Source: Gemmatimonadales bacterium (GTDB lineage Bacteria > Gemmatimonadota > Gemmatimonadetes > Gemmatimonadales > GWC2-71-9). From it: a DNA stretch of 64,000 nt. The notes beneath the pieces were generated by a model. It was not told the DNA's origin. It ran no database searches and worked only from the letters and a program-made list of their open reading frames with translations. Below, piece by piece: positions 1-9,841 of this stretch; the first letter of the stretch is position 1, and each line of letters starts with the position of its first letter. The DNA lies in contig OZ252244.1 in assembly GCA_965249575.1 (NCBI GenBank), positions 192,001 through 256,000 of the forward strand, in the 5' to 3' direction. Made by a program: the position numbers and the translations under genes.

Positions 1-414
1 CGTCATCTTCTTGGTCACGCTCTTACCATCGACGATGAGCTGATAGACGTAGACGCCGGACGGTGCTTCCCGATCCGTGCCCCGGAGCTTCCCATCCCAA
101 TACGCCGTATAGCTCCCAGTCCCGTTCCAGTCCAGCCGGAGGTTCTCCAGCGCTTCTCCGGAGTTCTGCACGATCGGGATGGCGACGAGCTGAGCCAGCA
201 CATTGTAAATGCGGACGCTCACCACCGGCTGGTGCCCATCGGCGAAGACCTGATCGCTCAGGGCGAACGGGATGAAAGTTTCGGGATTGAATGGATTCGG
301 GTAGTTGCGCCCGAGTTCCACGCTCGCACCCGACGACCCTTCCTGCGCACGCAGGCCAGCCGGTGCTACCACCGAGAGCCCGAGCAACAAAACCGCCCAG
401 GCAAGCCACTTCAT
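1..414 (-). CDS. Secreted protein consisting of a T9SS type-A sorting / FlgD Ig-like domain; 3' end runs off the window
   Basis: Hand translation (absent from the ORF track): MKWLAWAVLLLGLSVVAPAGLRAQ signal peptide, then GRNYPNPFNPET...SGVYVYQLIVDGKSVTKKM; AGGAG upstream of the ATG at 414. Confidence 0.8.
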   Translation of the reverse strand, partial: MKWLAWAVLLLGLSVVAPAGLRAQEGSSGASVELGRNYPNPFNPETFIPFALSDQVFADGHQPVVSVRIYNVLAQLVAIPIVQNSGEALENLRLDWNGTGSYTAYWDGKLRGTDREAPSGVYVYQLIVDGKSVTKKMT

Positions 415-517
415 TTGATGCTCCTATCTGACGAAAAAAGTCGCGTTAGGACCCGCTCCTCTTGAAGAGACGTATCTCACCAGCATGGGCTAAGTTAGGA
501 CCGCGCTGCGAGCTTTG

Positions 518-2410
518 TCAAGCGCCCTCCAGCACCCGCTGGGCATTCGGCCCCAATCGCCGCGCGTCGCCCACTCGCACCGTCATCCCCTGTCCGTCCA
601 TCCACTCGAGCACGGGGATGAGGTATTTCCGGGTCAAACCGAGCGTGCCCCGAAGCTGAGCTGGCGTAGCGTCTCCAGCGCCCTGGATCGTTCGCAGGGC
701 CGCCACCGCCACCGCCTCTAACACCCCCCGATCATAGTATCGGTTCCCAACCCGGATCGCGGTGCCAGACCTCACATAGTAGTCAGCCAGTTCGCGAGCA
801 TCTTGTCGCACGTGACGTGCCAGCTCGGCCACCGTTCTCCCCTGGCCACCCGCATCTGCCAGCAGCCGCTGGAGCAACGCACCGGCCTGCCGCTGACCGG
901 CCGCAAGGGCGGGCGCGTGCGCGCTCAACCGCACCGTATCGCCCTCGATCACGATCCAATCCTCATCGGCGAGGGCAGTGTGGACATGTTCGGCAACCTC
1001 CGGCGAAGGGGCCAACTGGCGCAGGAGTTCCCGAGGCATGCCCGGCTCTAGGGGTCGCTCGTTGTGGTATGCTGCCAGCCGGTCGAGGACCGTTCGCCGG
1101 GCGTCGGCGACTGCCTGGCCTGAGACCAGCGACTTCCCGAGGCGGGCGGGACCGCCCTCGCGAGCCAAGACCGCGGAGATCGTGGGCTCCACATCGCGCG
1201 GTCGGAGACCGGTCCGGACTGGGAGCGACGAGATCTCCAGCCCTTCGGGACTGGTGAGGTCCGCGAGCGTCACCACCCTCTGGCTCGCGTCGTCCACAGC
1301 GAGGTCAGGATGCACCGGGGGCCGCCTGGGCCGGAGGGGTGGCCACGGATCGATCACGACCGCGCCCCCAATGGTCGCGACCGGCGAGTACTGCCGGATC
1401 ACCGCTCGGTCACCCCAGCGCGCCACGATCGGCGCTTCGAGTCTCAGCCGGGCCACCGCTGGCGTCCCGGAGTTCAGTCGCGGCCCCGCGGGGGTAACGC
1501 GGGCCATGATCTCCGCGGTGCCCAGCAGCAGCCGGACCCGTGACCTCTGGGTCAGCGGACGGGCGCCGGGGAGCAGAGTGAGCAAGACGTCCAGCGTCCC
1601 GGTGGCCTGCCACGCCGGATCGCTCACGACCACGCTCCCGCGCACGGCCGCACCGCGCTCGAGACCGCTCAGCGCGAGGGCCGTCCGCCGGCTCGGGAGG
1701 GCCTGTCTGGCGGCCTCGCCATGCACCTGGATGCTCCGTATACGGGCACGCGCTCCAGCGGGCAGGACGCGGACATCTTCTCCCACTTGGACAGATCCGG
1801 TCGTGACGGTCCCCGTAACAACCGAGCCCGCACCCGGGAGGCTGAACACGCGATCGACTGGCAGCCGAAACAGGTCCGCGGTGTCGCGTGCGACCGCCTG
1901 TCCGCACCCACGAGCCAGGGCCGCTTGCAGCTCCGTCAGCCCGACCCCACTCTCCACCGATACCGCGATCGGCCGCTCCCACGCGACGCTGCTCTCCGCG
2001 AGCCGCTCCGATACCTCCTCCGAGACCAGCTCGAGCCAGTCTGCGTCCACCAGATCGCTTTTCGTGATGGCAATTACGCCGGCCTGCAGACCCAGCAATT
2101 CGAGGATCGCCACGTGCTCCGTCGTCTGCGGCATGATCCCCTCGTCCGCGGCGACCACGAGCAGCGCGACGTCGACGCCGCTCGCCCCGGCAACCATGTT
2201 CCGCACGAAATCCTCATGGCCCGGGACGTCCACGATGCTCGCGCGCATGCCGCCACCCAGGTCGAGGGCCGCGAATCCGAGATCGATCGTTATGCCCCTG
2301 CGCTTCTCCTCGGCCCAGCGATCGGTGTCGATCCCCGTGAGTGCCTTGACCAGGGCCGTTTTACCGTGGTCGACGTGCCCCGCCGTGCCAATGGTTACGT
2401 GTCGAGCCAC
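518..2410 (-). CDS. selB: Selenocysteine-specific translation elongation factor
   Basis: IGTAGHVDHGKT, RGITIDLGF, DVPGHEDF; C-terminal winged-helix LGLTRKYLIPVLEWMD. Confidence 0.95.
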   Translation of the reverse strand: MARHVTIGTAGHVDHGKTALVKALTGIDTDRWAEEKRRGITIDLGFAALDLGGGMRASIVDVPGHEDFVRNMVAGASGVDVALLVVAADEGIMPQTTEHVAILELLGLQAGVIAITKSDLVDADWLELVSEEVSERLAESSVAWERPIAVSVESGVGLTELQAALARGCGQAVARDTADLFRLPVDRVFSLPGAGSVVTGTVTTGSVQVGEDVRVLPAGARARIRSIQVHGEAARQALPSRRTALALSGLERGAAVRGSVVVSDPAWQATGTLDVLLTLLPGARPLTQRSRVRLLLGTAEIMARVTPAGPRLNSGTPAVARLRLEAPIVARWGDRAVIRQYSPVATIGGAVVIDPWPPLRPRRPPVHPDLAVDDASQRVVTLADLTSPEGLEISSLPVRTGLRPRDVEPTISAVLAREGGPARLGKSLVSGQAVADARRTVLDRLAAYHNERPLEPGMPRELLRQLAPSPEVAEHVHTALADEDWIVIEGDTVRLSAHAPALAAGQRQAGALLQRLLADAGGQGRTVAELARHVRQDARELADYYVRSGTAIRVGNRYYDRGVLEAVAVAALRTIQGAGDATPAQLRGTLGLTRKYLIPVLEWMDGQGMTVRVGDARRLGPNAQRVLEGA

Positions 2411-3168
2411 GGGGTTCCTTCCCAAATAGAGAGCGCTTTCAACTCGCGCTCCTCCGCTACGTGACGGCGGACGAAGCGCACGAGCAGGCGGCGGTGCGCG
2501 GCGGCCCGGCGGTCGGAAAGCTCATCTCCGTCATCGGCGCCACCCCGCCCCACGACGAAGGCTTGCAGGGCTGCCCGATCTTCGGGCGAAAGGGTGGGCG
2601 CCGCCGACCCCGGAGGGGGGGCGCACCTGGCACACAGGAACCCCCCCTCGGCGACCGAGAAAACGACCGAGCCCGAGGGAAGTGCTCTCCCATCGACCGC
2701 GCACTGGTCGAGTGAGGGCGCGAATCCCAAGGCCGCTACCGTTCGCCACAAGGCAACAAGCGCGGCGACCCGAGCACCGGCCGGCTCGGTTTCCACGAGG
2801 CGATCCAGTTCAAGCGCCAGGCAATCGAAAATCAACGGGTTGGGCTCCGCGGGCGAGCACCTGAGCACGAGCTCTCCCAGCGCCGACGCGGCGGCGAACC
2901 GCTCGACGTCATGGGCGAGCGACGCGCGTTGGACCCCAACATCGAACGAGGCGAGCGTGTGGAGATCGCGTGTCGGCTTGTAGAAGTACTGCGCGATCCC
3001 CTGGCTCAGGGGCTGCAGCCGGGCCCCGAAGGCGCTCTTGGATCGGGACGCCCCCTTGGCGATCGCGCTCTGTACACCCTGGTCGCGGGTGGCAAGGCGT
3101 ACGATCTTCGACGTCTCGCTATACCGGAATCCGTGCAGCACGATGGCCGGCGTCGTAATGAGGGGCAT
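2395..3168 (-). CDS. recO: DNA repair protein RecO
   Basis: YSETSKIV..TRDQG..SAIAKGA..SKSAFGARLQP; Zn-finger-like C..C region. Confidence 0.93.
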   Translation of the reverse strand: MPLITTPAIVLHGFRYSETSKIVRLATRDQGVQSAIAKGASRSKSAFGARLQPLSQGIAQYFYKPTRDLHTLASFDVGVQRASLAHDVERFAAASALGELVLRCSPAEPNPLIFDCLALELDRLVETEPAGARVAALVALWRTVAALGFAPSLDQCAVDGRALPSGSVVFSVAEGGFLCARCAPPPGSAAPTLSPEDRAALQAFVVGRGGADDGDELSDRRAAAHRRLLVRFVRRHVAEERELKALSIWEGTPWLDT

Positions 3169-3248
3169 GATTCGGAAGATACACCACGAGGGGGAGCGGC
3201 TGGCGGCCTCCCCCTAAGGTGCGTCCGTATGCGGGCGCTACCTGGGAC

Positions 3249-5210
3249 TCACCACCGCACTCTTGTGCCGAACAGCAGCGTGCGCCCCCGACCCGGGAAC
3301 CCCACAACCTCGGTATAGTCCTCGTCCAGCGCGTTCTCGGCCCTGAGCGTCAACACCACCTCCGGCGCGCCGCCGCCCCCGGTCATGACCGTGTATTGCG
3401 CCGAGCCGGTCAGGACGCCGTAGCCCGGTAACGACACCCGGACGGCGGGGAACGCCGAAAAATCACGGTCGGCTCGGGAGCCAACGAACTGCACTCCGGC
3501 CGTCAGCGCGCCGCGCGCCCACCGAAACGCCGCGCGCACCGAGCCGCCGTGAGTTGGCCGGCGCAGCAGGCGTTCGCCATCGACGAAGGTCGCGTCCGGT
3601 CCGGTGTCGAACCCCGGATCGGTCACCGTGGTGCGTAGATACGTATACCGACCACTGAGCGCGAGCCCGCGCGCGGGCGTGATAGTGGCATCGACCTCGA
3701 CCCCCGACGCGTTCGCGCCGGCTACGTTGAAGTAGTTGGGCTGGCCTGGCGACGGGGGTGAGAACGTGAACTGGATGAGGTCACGAAAACGCTGGTCGAA
3801 GTACGTCGTACCAATCTGCAGCGCGCCTCCAGCGATCCGTTGCTCGATGCCGACTTCCCAGCTGAACGAACGCTCCGGTTCCAGCGATGGATTCCCGGTC
3901 ACGAATCCCGACGCGAAATTCTCGAAAAACGTCGGCTCCTTGAACCCCGTGCCCGCCGTCGCGCGTACTCGAGTGTCACGCCAACGGTACGCGGCGCCGG
4001 TGCGATACGTAGCAAACGTCCCGAAGCTGTCGTTGTCGTCCAGACGCCCTCCGACGTTCAGTGCGAGCCCGGTCGTCGGCTGTGCGATCAGCTGCACGTA
4101 TGCCGCGTCATTCACGCGCTCAAGATCGAGCGATGTCGATGACGTTCCAAACTCGCTTAGGGACTCGTCAACACTCCGCTCCGACTGCTGTTCGATTTGG
4201 GCTCCGGCGGTGACCACGATTTTCGGGCCCAAGTACGCGTTCGCACGAACATCGGCTGTGCGTGTTCGCACGTGGCCGAGGCTACTGAACCCAAAGAACC
4301 CGAGTGTGTCCGCGGCACCGTCGGGCCGGTCGTCGAACCCACGGTCGGCCTCGTGGGCCGAGAGGTGTAACTGAGCCTCCACGTGTTCCGTGAGAAACCT
4401 GCTGATGTTCACTCCGACGGACGTCGCGTCCTCAAATGTGAACTGGTTCCGGTCCACGAGGTTGCCGGATCCGTCCGTCGGGAAGTGATACGTGTTCTCT
4501 CCATAGCGCAGCGACAGGGATGCGGTCGTACGATCGTCCGGCTCGAACTCTATGAAGCCGGTTCCCGAGAGGTTGTGGTACTGGTTGTTGAAGTCGTAGA
4601 TGCCGTCGGAGGAGAACCGCGAAAGCGAGAACGAGTAGCTCGCCCGATCGCTCCCACCACGCAGCGAGGCGTCCCAATGAACAGTGCCGAAGGTGCCAGC
4701 ACGTGTACCCAGCCCAATGGACGGCCTCCCCGACCCGCGGCTCGTGAAGAGCTGCACGACCCCCGAGACGGCGTCGGAGCCATAGAGCACACTCGACGGA
4801 CCACGCAACACCTCGATGCGCTCAAGGTTATCCGTTGTCAGGTTCGCGAAATTGAATGCCCCACCCGGACTGTTCATGGAAATCCCATCGACCAGGACCT
4901 GTACGTAGTCGCTTTCGCCGCCCCGCAAGAACAGCGACGCGGTACCGCCGAACGACCCACCCTGCACGACCGAAGCACCCGGGACGTCTCGGAGCGCGTC
5001 GAATGCCTGGTACGTTCCGTCCAATCGCAGCTCCGCGCCGTCTATGACCGCCACGGCCGAGGCAACGGCGTCCCGCAAAGTCGGAAGGCGAGTGACCGTC
5101 ACCACGAGCTCCTCGAGCAGAAAGGTGTCCCGCTGGACGGCTGTGGCCGTTGCGGGCGTCCAGGCGACCACGGTGGCCGGGATGAACCAGGCGTAGACCT
5201 TCGATGTCAT
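3249..5210 (-). CDS. btuB: TonB-dependent receptor, vitamin B12 transporter-like
   Basis: TonB-box-like EELVVT, plug ERIEVLRGPSSVLYGSDAVSGVV, C-terminal aromatic residue; last gene downstream of the cobalamin riboswitch. Confidence 0.8.
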   Translation of the reverse strand: MTSKVYAWFIPATVVAWTPATATAVQRDTFLLEELVVTVTRLPTLRDAVASAVAVIDGAELRLDGTYQAFDALRDVPGASVVQGGSFGGTASLFLRGGESDYVQVLVDGISMNSPGGAFNFANLTTDNLERIEVLRGPSSVLYGSDAVSGVVQLFTSRGSGRPSIGLGTRAGTFGTVHWDASLRGGSDRASYSFSLSRFSSDGIYDFNNQYHNLSGTGFIEFEPDDRTTASLSLRYGENTYHFPTDGSGNLVDRNQFTFEDATSVGVNISRFLTEHVEAQLHLSAHEADRGFDDRPDGAADTLGFFGFSSLGHVRTRTADVRANAYLGPKIVVTAGAQIEQQSERSVDESLSEFGTSSTSLDLERVNDAAYVQLIAQPTTGLALNVGGRLDDNDSFGTFATYRTGAAYRWRDTRVRATAGTGFKEPTFFENFASGFVTGNPSLEPERSFSWEVGIEQRIAGGALQIGTTYFDQRFRDLIQFTFSPPSPGQPNYFNVAGANASGVEVDATITPARGLALSGRYTYLRTTVTDPGFDTGPDATFVDGERLLRRPTHGGSVRAAFRWARGALTAGVQFVGSRADRDFSAFPAVRVSLPGYGVLTGSAQYTVMTGGGGAPEVVLTLRAENALDEDYTEVVGFPGRGRTLLFGTRVRW

Positions 5211-5267
5211 GTCGATTCCTCACAGATATGGCTTCGATTCGAATGCAGGGGTCGTCGAGCGCGGGGG

Positions 5268-6071
5268 TCATGCATCACGGCGCTCTCCGTGCCGGAGGGG
5301 GATGAGCTGCGGTACCCCGCGCCAGCGAATGAGATCGATCGGGCATCCGAAGACGTCCTCCAGCAGGTCGCGGTGCAGGACCGCTTCCGGTGACCCGGTA
5401 CTCGCCGCCCGGCCGCCGTCCATGACGACGAGCCGGTCGACGAAACGCGCGGCGAGATTGACGTGATGGGTTACGAGCAATCCGGCGAGCCGTTCGTTAC
5501 GCACGAGGCCCGCGACGAGCTCGAAGACCTCCATCTCGTGGCGTACGTCGAGGTTTGCGGTGGGCTCGTCCAGCACGAGCGCGCGAGGTTCCTGCGCGAG
5601 AGCCCTGGCGATGCGGACCCGCTGCCACTCTCCGCCTGAGAGGGTATCGATCCAGCGGCCGCGCAGCGCGTCGACGTCACACTGGCGGAGCGCTCGCGAA
5701 ACCGCAGCGTGATCCGAGGGGCCGGGGGCCGCCAATGGCTTCAGGTGCGGGTACCGACCCAGGAGAACACTCTCTTCGACTTTGAGCGGGAACGCCGGCT
5801 CCTCACGCTGCGTGACAACACCGACGACGCGTGCCAGCGCCCGCCGGTCCCACTCACTGGCCGGGCGCTCCAGAATACGGGCGCTTCCCACAGTGGGCGG
5901 GAGGACACCGAGGAGGATGCGGAGCAGTGTCGTTTTGCCGCTGCCGTTCGGTCCGACGATCCCAACCAATTCCCCCGCGCCAACGCGAAGGTCGATCTCG
6001 TCAACAGCCGTGGCTCGCGCCCGGGGATACGCGTATGCGACTCCGCGGGCCTCGAAGATCACCTGGTCCAT
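5268..6071 (-). CDS. Cobalamin/Fe-siderophore ABC transporter ATP-binding protein (BtuD/FecE-like)
   Basis: GPNGSGKT, LSGGEWQR, LVLDEPT; likely start is ATG 6071 (MDQVIF). Confidence 0.9.
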   Translation of the reverse strand: MDQVIFEARGVAYAYPRARATAVDEIDLRVGAGELVGIVGPNGSGKTTLLRILLGVLPPTVGSARILERPASEWDRRALARVVGVVTQREEPAFPLKVEESVLLGRYPHLKPLAAPGPSDHAAVSRALRQCDVDALRGRWIDTLSGGEWQRVRIARALAQEPRALVLDEPTANLDVRHEMEVFELVAGLVRNERLAGLLVTHHVNLAARFVDRLVVMDGGRAASTGSPEAVLHRDLLEDVFGCPIDLIRWRGVPQLIPLRHGERRDA

Positions 6072-7027
6072 CGTCTCAAGAGCAACGCAAAGACAGGGAC
6101 CCCCACGAGCGCGGTGACCACGCCGACCGGCATCTCGACAGGGGCAAACGCCGTGCGGGACACAGCATCGGCGCTCACCAAGAGGCTGCCTCCGAGCAGA
6201 AACGCCGCCGGCAGCAACCTGAGGTGCAGGTGGCCCCACACCATGCGAACGGCGTGTGGCACAACCAAGCCCACGAACCCGATGAGCCCGGACACGGCGA
6301 CCGCCGCGGCGGTCAAGACCGAGGCGGCGAGGAAGATGACGCGCTTGAGACGATCGACGTCCGCGCCGAGAAAACTCGCGGGCTCTTCCCCCAACGACAG
6401 GAGGTCGAGGGGACGGCTCGCCCCGTAAAGGACCGCCAACGGCAGGAGAGAATAGACCGAGAAGATCGCGACGGTTCGCCACGAGGCGCCGTGAAACCCA
6501 CCCAGTAGCCAGAGGAGCGCGTTTCGAAGCTCCGGAGCCGGTGATACCGCCATGATCGCGCCCATGATGGACGCCGCGAACGCACCAACCACGACACCGG
6601 CGAGCACAAGCACGCGGGAATCTAGCGCTCCGCCCGCGACCAACGCGAGACGATACACGAGCACCACGGACAGCAGGGCACCGGTGAAGGCCAACCCCGG
6701 TAGCGACCACAGCCCACCGAACCCAAAGGCGATGGCGACGACCGCTCCGAGGCCGGCGCCCCCCGACAGCCCGAGGAGGTACGGATCCGCGAGCGGGTTC
6801 CGCACCACGGCCTGAAGGACTGCTCCCGAAACCGCCAGACTCCCACCGACGAGAAAAGCCAACAAGCCCCGCGGCGCGCGAAGATCCCGCACGATCGCCA
6901 CCGTCGTCGGCTCACCGCGGCCCCGCAACGCATCGGCGACCGCGGCAAGCCCGATGTCGGCCGGACCCAAGATGGTGGCGACGAGCAGCGCGCTGCACGA
7001 GACGATGGCCAGGCCCACCCACTTCAC
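6059..7027 (-). CDS. FecCD/BtuC family ABC permease
   Basis: RNPLADPYLLGLSGGA, GLIGFVGLVVPH, EMPVGVVTALVGVP. Confidence 0.92.
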   Translation of the reverse strand: MKWVGLAIVSCSALLVATILGPADIGLAAVADALRGRGEPTTVAIVRDLRAPRGLLAFLVGGSLAVSGAVLQAVVRNPLADPYLLGLSGGAGLGAVVAIAFGFGGLWSLPGLAFTGALLSVVLVYRLALVAGGALDSRVLVLAGVVVGAFAASIMGAIMAVSPAPELRNALLWLLGGFHGASWRTVAIFSVYSLLPLAVLYGASRPLDLLSLGEEPASFLGADVDRLKRVIFLAASVLTAAAVAVSGLIGFVGLVVPHAVRMVWGHLHLRLLPAAFLLGGSLLVSADAVSRTAFAPVEMPVGVVTALVGVPVFALLLRRWTR

Positions 7028-7905
7028 GGAGAGCCCCCCCCCTGGAAGATCCCGCGCAGCGTCTCCACGGCTCCAATTGACCGAAACGACGGCCATCCGA
7101 ACTCGGTGCCGGAGACGGCGATGAACTCACGATTGTTGACGGCGTCGACCGCTTGCCACTCGGGCCTGTCGGCGAGCTCGGGAACCGCCGAACGACCGAT
7201 CACGATGATGCGGTCCGGATTCCGGGATGCGATCGTCTCGATACTCACGGTCGCGGATGGACTGTCGACATCGTCGAAGACGTTCCGACCACCGGCCAGC
7301 CGGATGAGCTCGGTGAGGAAACTGCCCGCCCCGATAATGATGGGCGGGCTCTCCCATGCGACGACGGCAGCCCTGGTTGGCGATTGCCGCCGAACCGCTC
7401 GCTCCGTCGAGTCCAGCCATGCCTCGAAATGAAGAGCGAGCGAATCGGCGTGTTCGCCACGCCCGGCTACCTCCCCGAGTATCCGTGCCGCCCTCGGCAC
7501 GTCGCTCAGGGCATCGAAGCGTACGTTGAGGGCCGGTATGCCCATCCGACTGAACTGTTCGATTACGGTCGCGTTGGAATTCGAGGCGTACATCACGACG
7601 AGGTCGGGTTCGCGGGCGGCCACGATCTCGACGTTTGGGAACAACCCATCCCCGACGCTCGGAATGGCTTCCGCTTCGGGCGGGTACTCGCACCACCGGG
7701 TCCGACCCGCCAGCCGGTGGCCCGCGCCAATGGCAAACAGTAGCTCGGTAACGGCGGGGGCGAGCGACACGATGCGCCTGGCCGGCGCGTCGAGACTCAC
7801 GCGGTGCCCCAAATCGTCGACGAGGACCGTCCGGCCCTGACTGTCGGAGGACCGGCATGCGATGACGGCGGCTGCTCCGCACAAGAACACCCAGAAACGC
7901 GACAC
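7024..7905 (-). CDS. Cobalamin-binding lipoprotein (BtuF-like)
   Basis: Lipobox-like AVIAC; ARRIVSLAPAVTELLFAIG; directly below the riboswitch. Confidence 0.88.
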   Translation of the reverse strand: MSRFWVFLCGAAAVIACRSSDSQGRTVLVDDLGHRVSLDAPARRIVSLAPAVTELLFAIGAGHRLAGRTRWCEYPPEAEAIPSVGDGLFPNVEIVAAREPDLVVMYASNSNATVIEQFSRMGIPALNVRFDALSDVPRAARILGEVAGRGEHADSLALHFEAWLDSTERAVRRQSPTRAAVVAWESPPIIIGAGSFLTELIRLAGGRNVFDDVDSPSATVSIETIASRNPDRIIVIGRSAVPELADRPEWQAVDAVNNREFIAVSGTEFGWPSFRSIGAVETLRGIFQGGGSP

Positions 7906-7995
7906 GCTCACTCCTGGCACCTGGCGGCGAGGTTGTGAGCGCGACTGAACGGGTGTTCGCGTCTCCACCACCCTCCCGCGAGGGTTTGCTGGTGG

Positions 7996-8136
7996 CACGA
8001 ACGGGAACGTCTCCTGGCTCCGGGCGGTCGGCTCGCCTTCCCGGTCTCCCAGTGGCGCCGTAAGCCGACTCGAACTGCCCGTTACAGTGGCGGGGCCGCG
8101 CCGGGTTCACACCGGCTTCCGTGCTCCGCGTTCGTC
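7996..8136 (-). ncRNA. Cobalamin riboswitch
   Basis: Minus strand reads GGAAGCCGGTGTGAACCCGG..CCCCGCCACTGTAA...GCCACTGGGAGACCGGGAAGGC...GAGCCAGGAGAC; closing pair GACGAACG/CGTTCGTG; upstream of btuF. Confidence 0.92.
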
Positions 8137-8163
8137 AACACTTCAATTGTGTACGTTGGGAAC

Positions 8164-9291
8164 TTAGAGTGCGCGATTCCGAGACGCAATGGCCTCGGCG
8201 AGGCGTCGTTTCAGTTCGGCGCGCTGCGAGCGGTAGGAGTCGTGGTCGCGCCCCTCATGTGCTACGTCGAGCGCAGCGATCCGAGCCGCCAGCGTCTCGG
8301 CATCGCCGAACGCCGGGACCGGCCGCTGGGATCGGCGCCACCAAACCGCGAGGCTCCACGCGAGTCCGAATCCAAACAGGACCACCACGACCCACCAGAA
8401 ATTTCGCGCGCCCCACGATCGGACGCCAAACCGCACGACCACGGGGGCGCCCGCCGGAACCGCGAATCCCTCAAACCGCCGAAAGCTGAGATCTTCGAAA
8501 CGTTCTGCGCCGAGCTCCTGTACCGATCCACCCACCACGGTGCCGCTCGCGTCTTCGATCATGATGTTCAGCCGGCCGACGGATGGATCGATTGGGATGA
8601 TGAGTTCGCGCCGATCCGCGGGGATCAAGTAGGTCAGGAGGATCTGTTTCTCACCGGGAGGCAGCGGCGCGAGCACCGCCACCGAGTCGCCCCGCCTCAT
8701 GACGGTTTCGGCGCTGACGTCACTCTCACCCGGTTGCAGCTGGACCGCCGCGTCGGGAATCGCGCCCAGCCACACTGGGGTGGTGTCCCCGGATGCGATC
8801 CGGGTGAGCGAGCCCTTGTTCGACAACACCAGGAGCTCGAGCACCTGGCGAGCGCCAGTTTCCTCGTCGGTACGAAAGACCAAATGACGCTGCTCGAGTG
8901 AGATGGACGGCGAGGAGCTAGACGTATCGTAGACGACGAGCGTGCCAACCGCTTCATCCACGCTACTGCTCGCGCGCATCGGAGGCGTCAGATAGGCGAT
9001 GCCGTGGTGACTCGCGCTGACGAAGAACACGCTGGCCGTATCCGGCGACAACGCCCTCAGCCGGTACCGTCCGGCGCCATCGGTCGTCGCAGAATCGACC
9101 GGCGTTCCGCCTCCCAAAGAGACCTGATGCAGCACCGCCTCGACCCGCGAGAGCGGAAGCGTGTCCGTACCCCGCACCTCGACGACTCGCCCGGTGAACG
9201 AGAGCCCCTGCGCGGTGGCGGTAGCTCCCGTCCCCGCGGTGAGGGCTACGAGCAGCGCGAGGCTACGGCGTGAACTTGCCGAAATCTTCAG
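8164..9291 (-). CDS. Exported, C-terminally membrane-anchored protein with carboxypeptidase-regulatory-like domain; start uncertain
   Basis: Signal-peptide-like SRRSLALLVALTAG, TTDGAGRYRL motif, C-terminal TM helix; no ATG/GTG near the signal peptide. Confidence 0.6.
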   Translation of the reverse strand: MKISASSRRSLALLVALTAGTGATATAQGLSFTGRVVEVRGTDTLPLSRVEAVLHQVSLGGGTPVDSATTDGAGRYRLRALSPDTASVFFVSASHHGIAYLTPPMRASSSVDEAVGTLVVYDTSSSSPSISLEQRHLVFRTDEETGARQVLELLVLSNKGSLTRIASGDTTPVWLGAIPDAAVQLQPGESDVSAETVMRRGDSVAVLAPLPPGEKQILLTYLIPADRRELIIPIDPSVGRLNIMIEDASGTVVGGSVQELGAERFEDLSFRRFEGFAVPAGAPVVVRFGVRSWGARNFWWVVVVLFGFGLAWSLAVWWRRSQRPVPAFGDAETLAARIAALDVAHEGRDHDSYRSQRAELKRRLAEAIASRNRAL

Positions 9292-9757
9292 GATCGAGGT
9301 TTTGCAGGTAGTTCTTGAGAGAATCTTCGTCGGGGGGTCCCGAGCCGCTGCTCGGATCGACCGTATCGACCGACGTGATCTCCAGCAGGTCGTCCTGCGC
9401 GAAGATCGGCGCCTTGAGCCGGAGTGCGACCGCGATACTGTCCGAAGGACGAGCGTCAACCTGGAAGACATGATCTTCCCGGTGAATGTGCAGCTCCGCG
9501 AAGTAGGTGCTGTCCTTGACCTGGGTAATCAGGACTTGCCGCAGCTCGCCGCCGAGCCCGACGATGATTTGCTTGACCAGGTCGTGCGTGAGTGGGCGAG
9601 TGAACTGCACTCCGGCGAGCTCCATGGCAATCGCGCTTGCTTCGGCCGGCCCGATCCAAATCGGCAGGACGCGCTCGCCGTCCTTCTCCTGCAAGATCAC
9701 CACCGGGGTGTTGGTGTTACGGTCGAGCCCGAGGTGGGCCACCTTCACTTCGATCAC
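9263..9757 (-). CDS. Bifunctional nuclease family protein (DUF151)
   Basis: LPIWIGPAEASAIA, RPLTHDL, DARPSDSIAVALR. Confidence 0.92.
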   Translation of the reverse strand: MIEVKVAHLGLDRNTNTPVVILQEKDGERVLPIWIGPAEASAIAMELAGVQFTRPLTHDLVKQIIVGLGGELRQVLITQVKDSTYFAELHIHREDHVFQVDARPSDSIAVALRLKAPIFAQDDLLEITSVDTVDPSSGSGPPDEDSLKNYLQNLDPEDFGKFTP

Positions 9758-9841
9758 GCGGCAAGTCCTACCACCGGCGGTGAGGGCCTGTCGGGCTCAG
9801 CAACCTGCCGGGCTCGTGGGGTTTCGGAGGTTTGGCGAACG

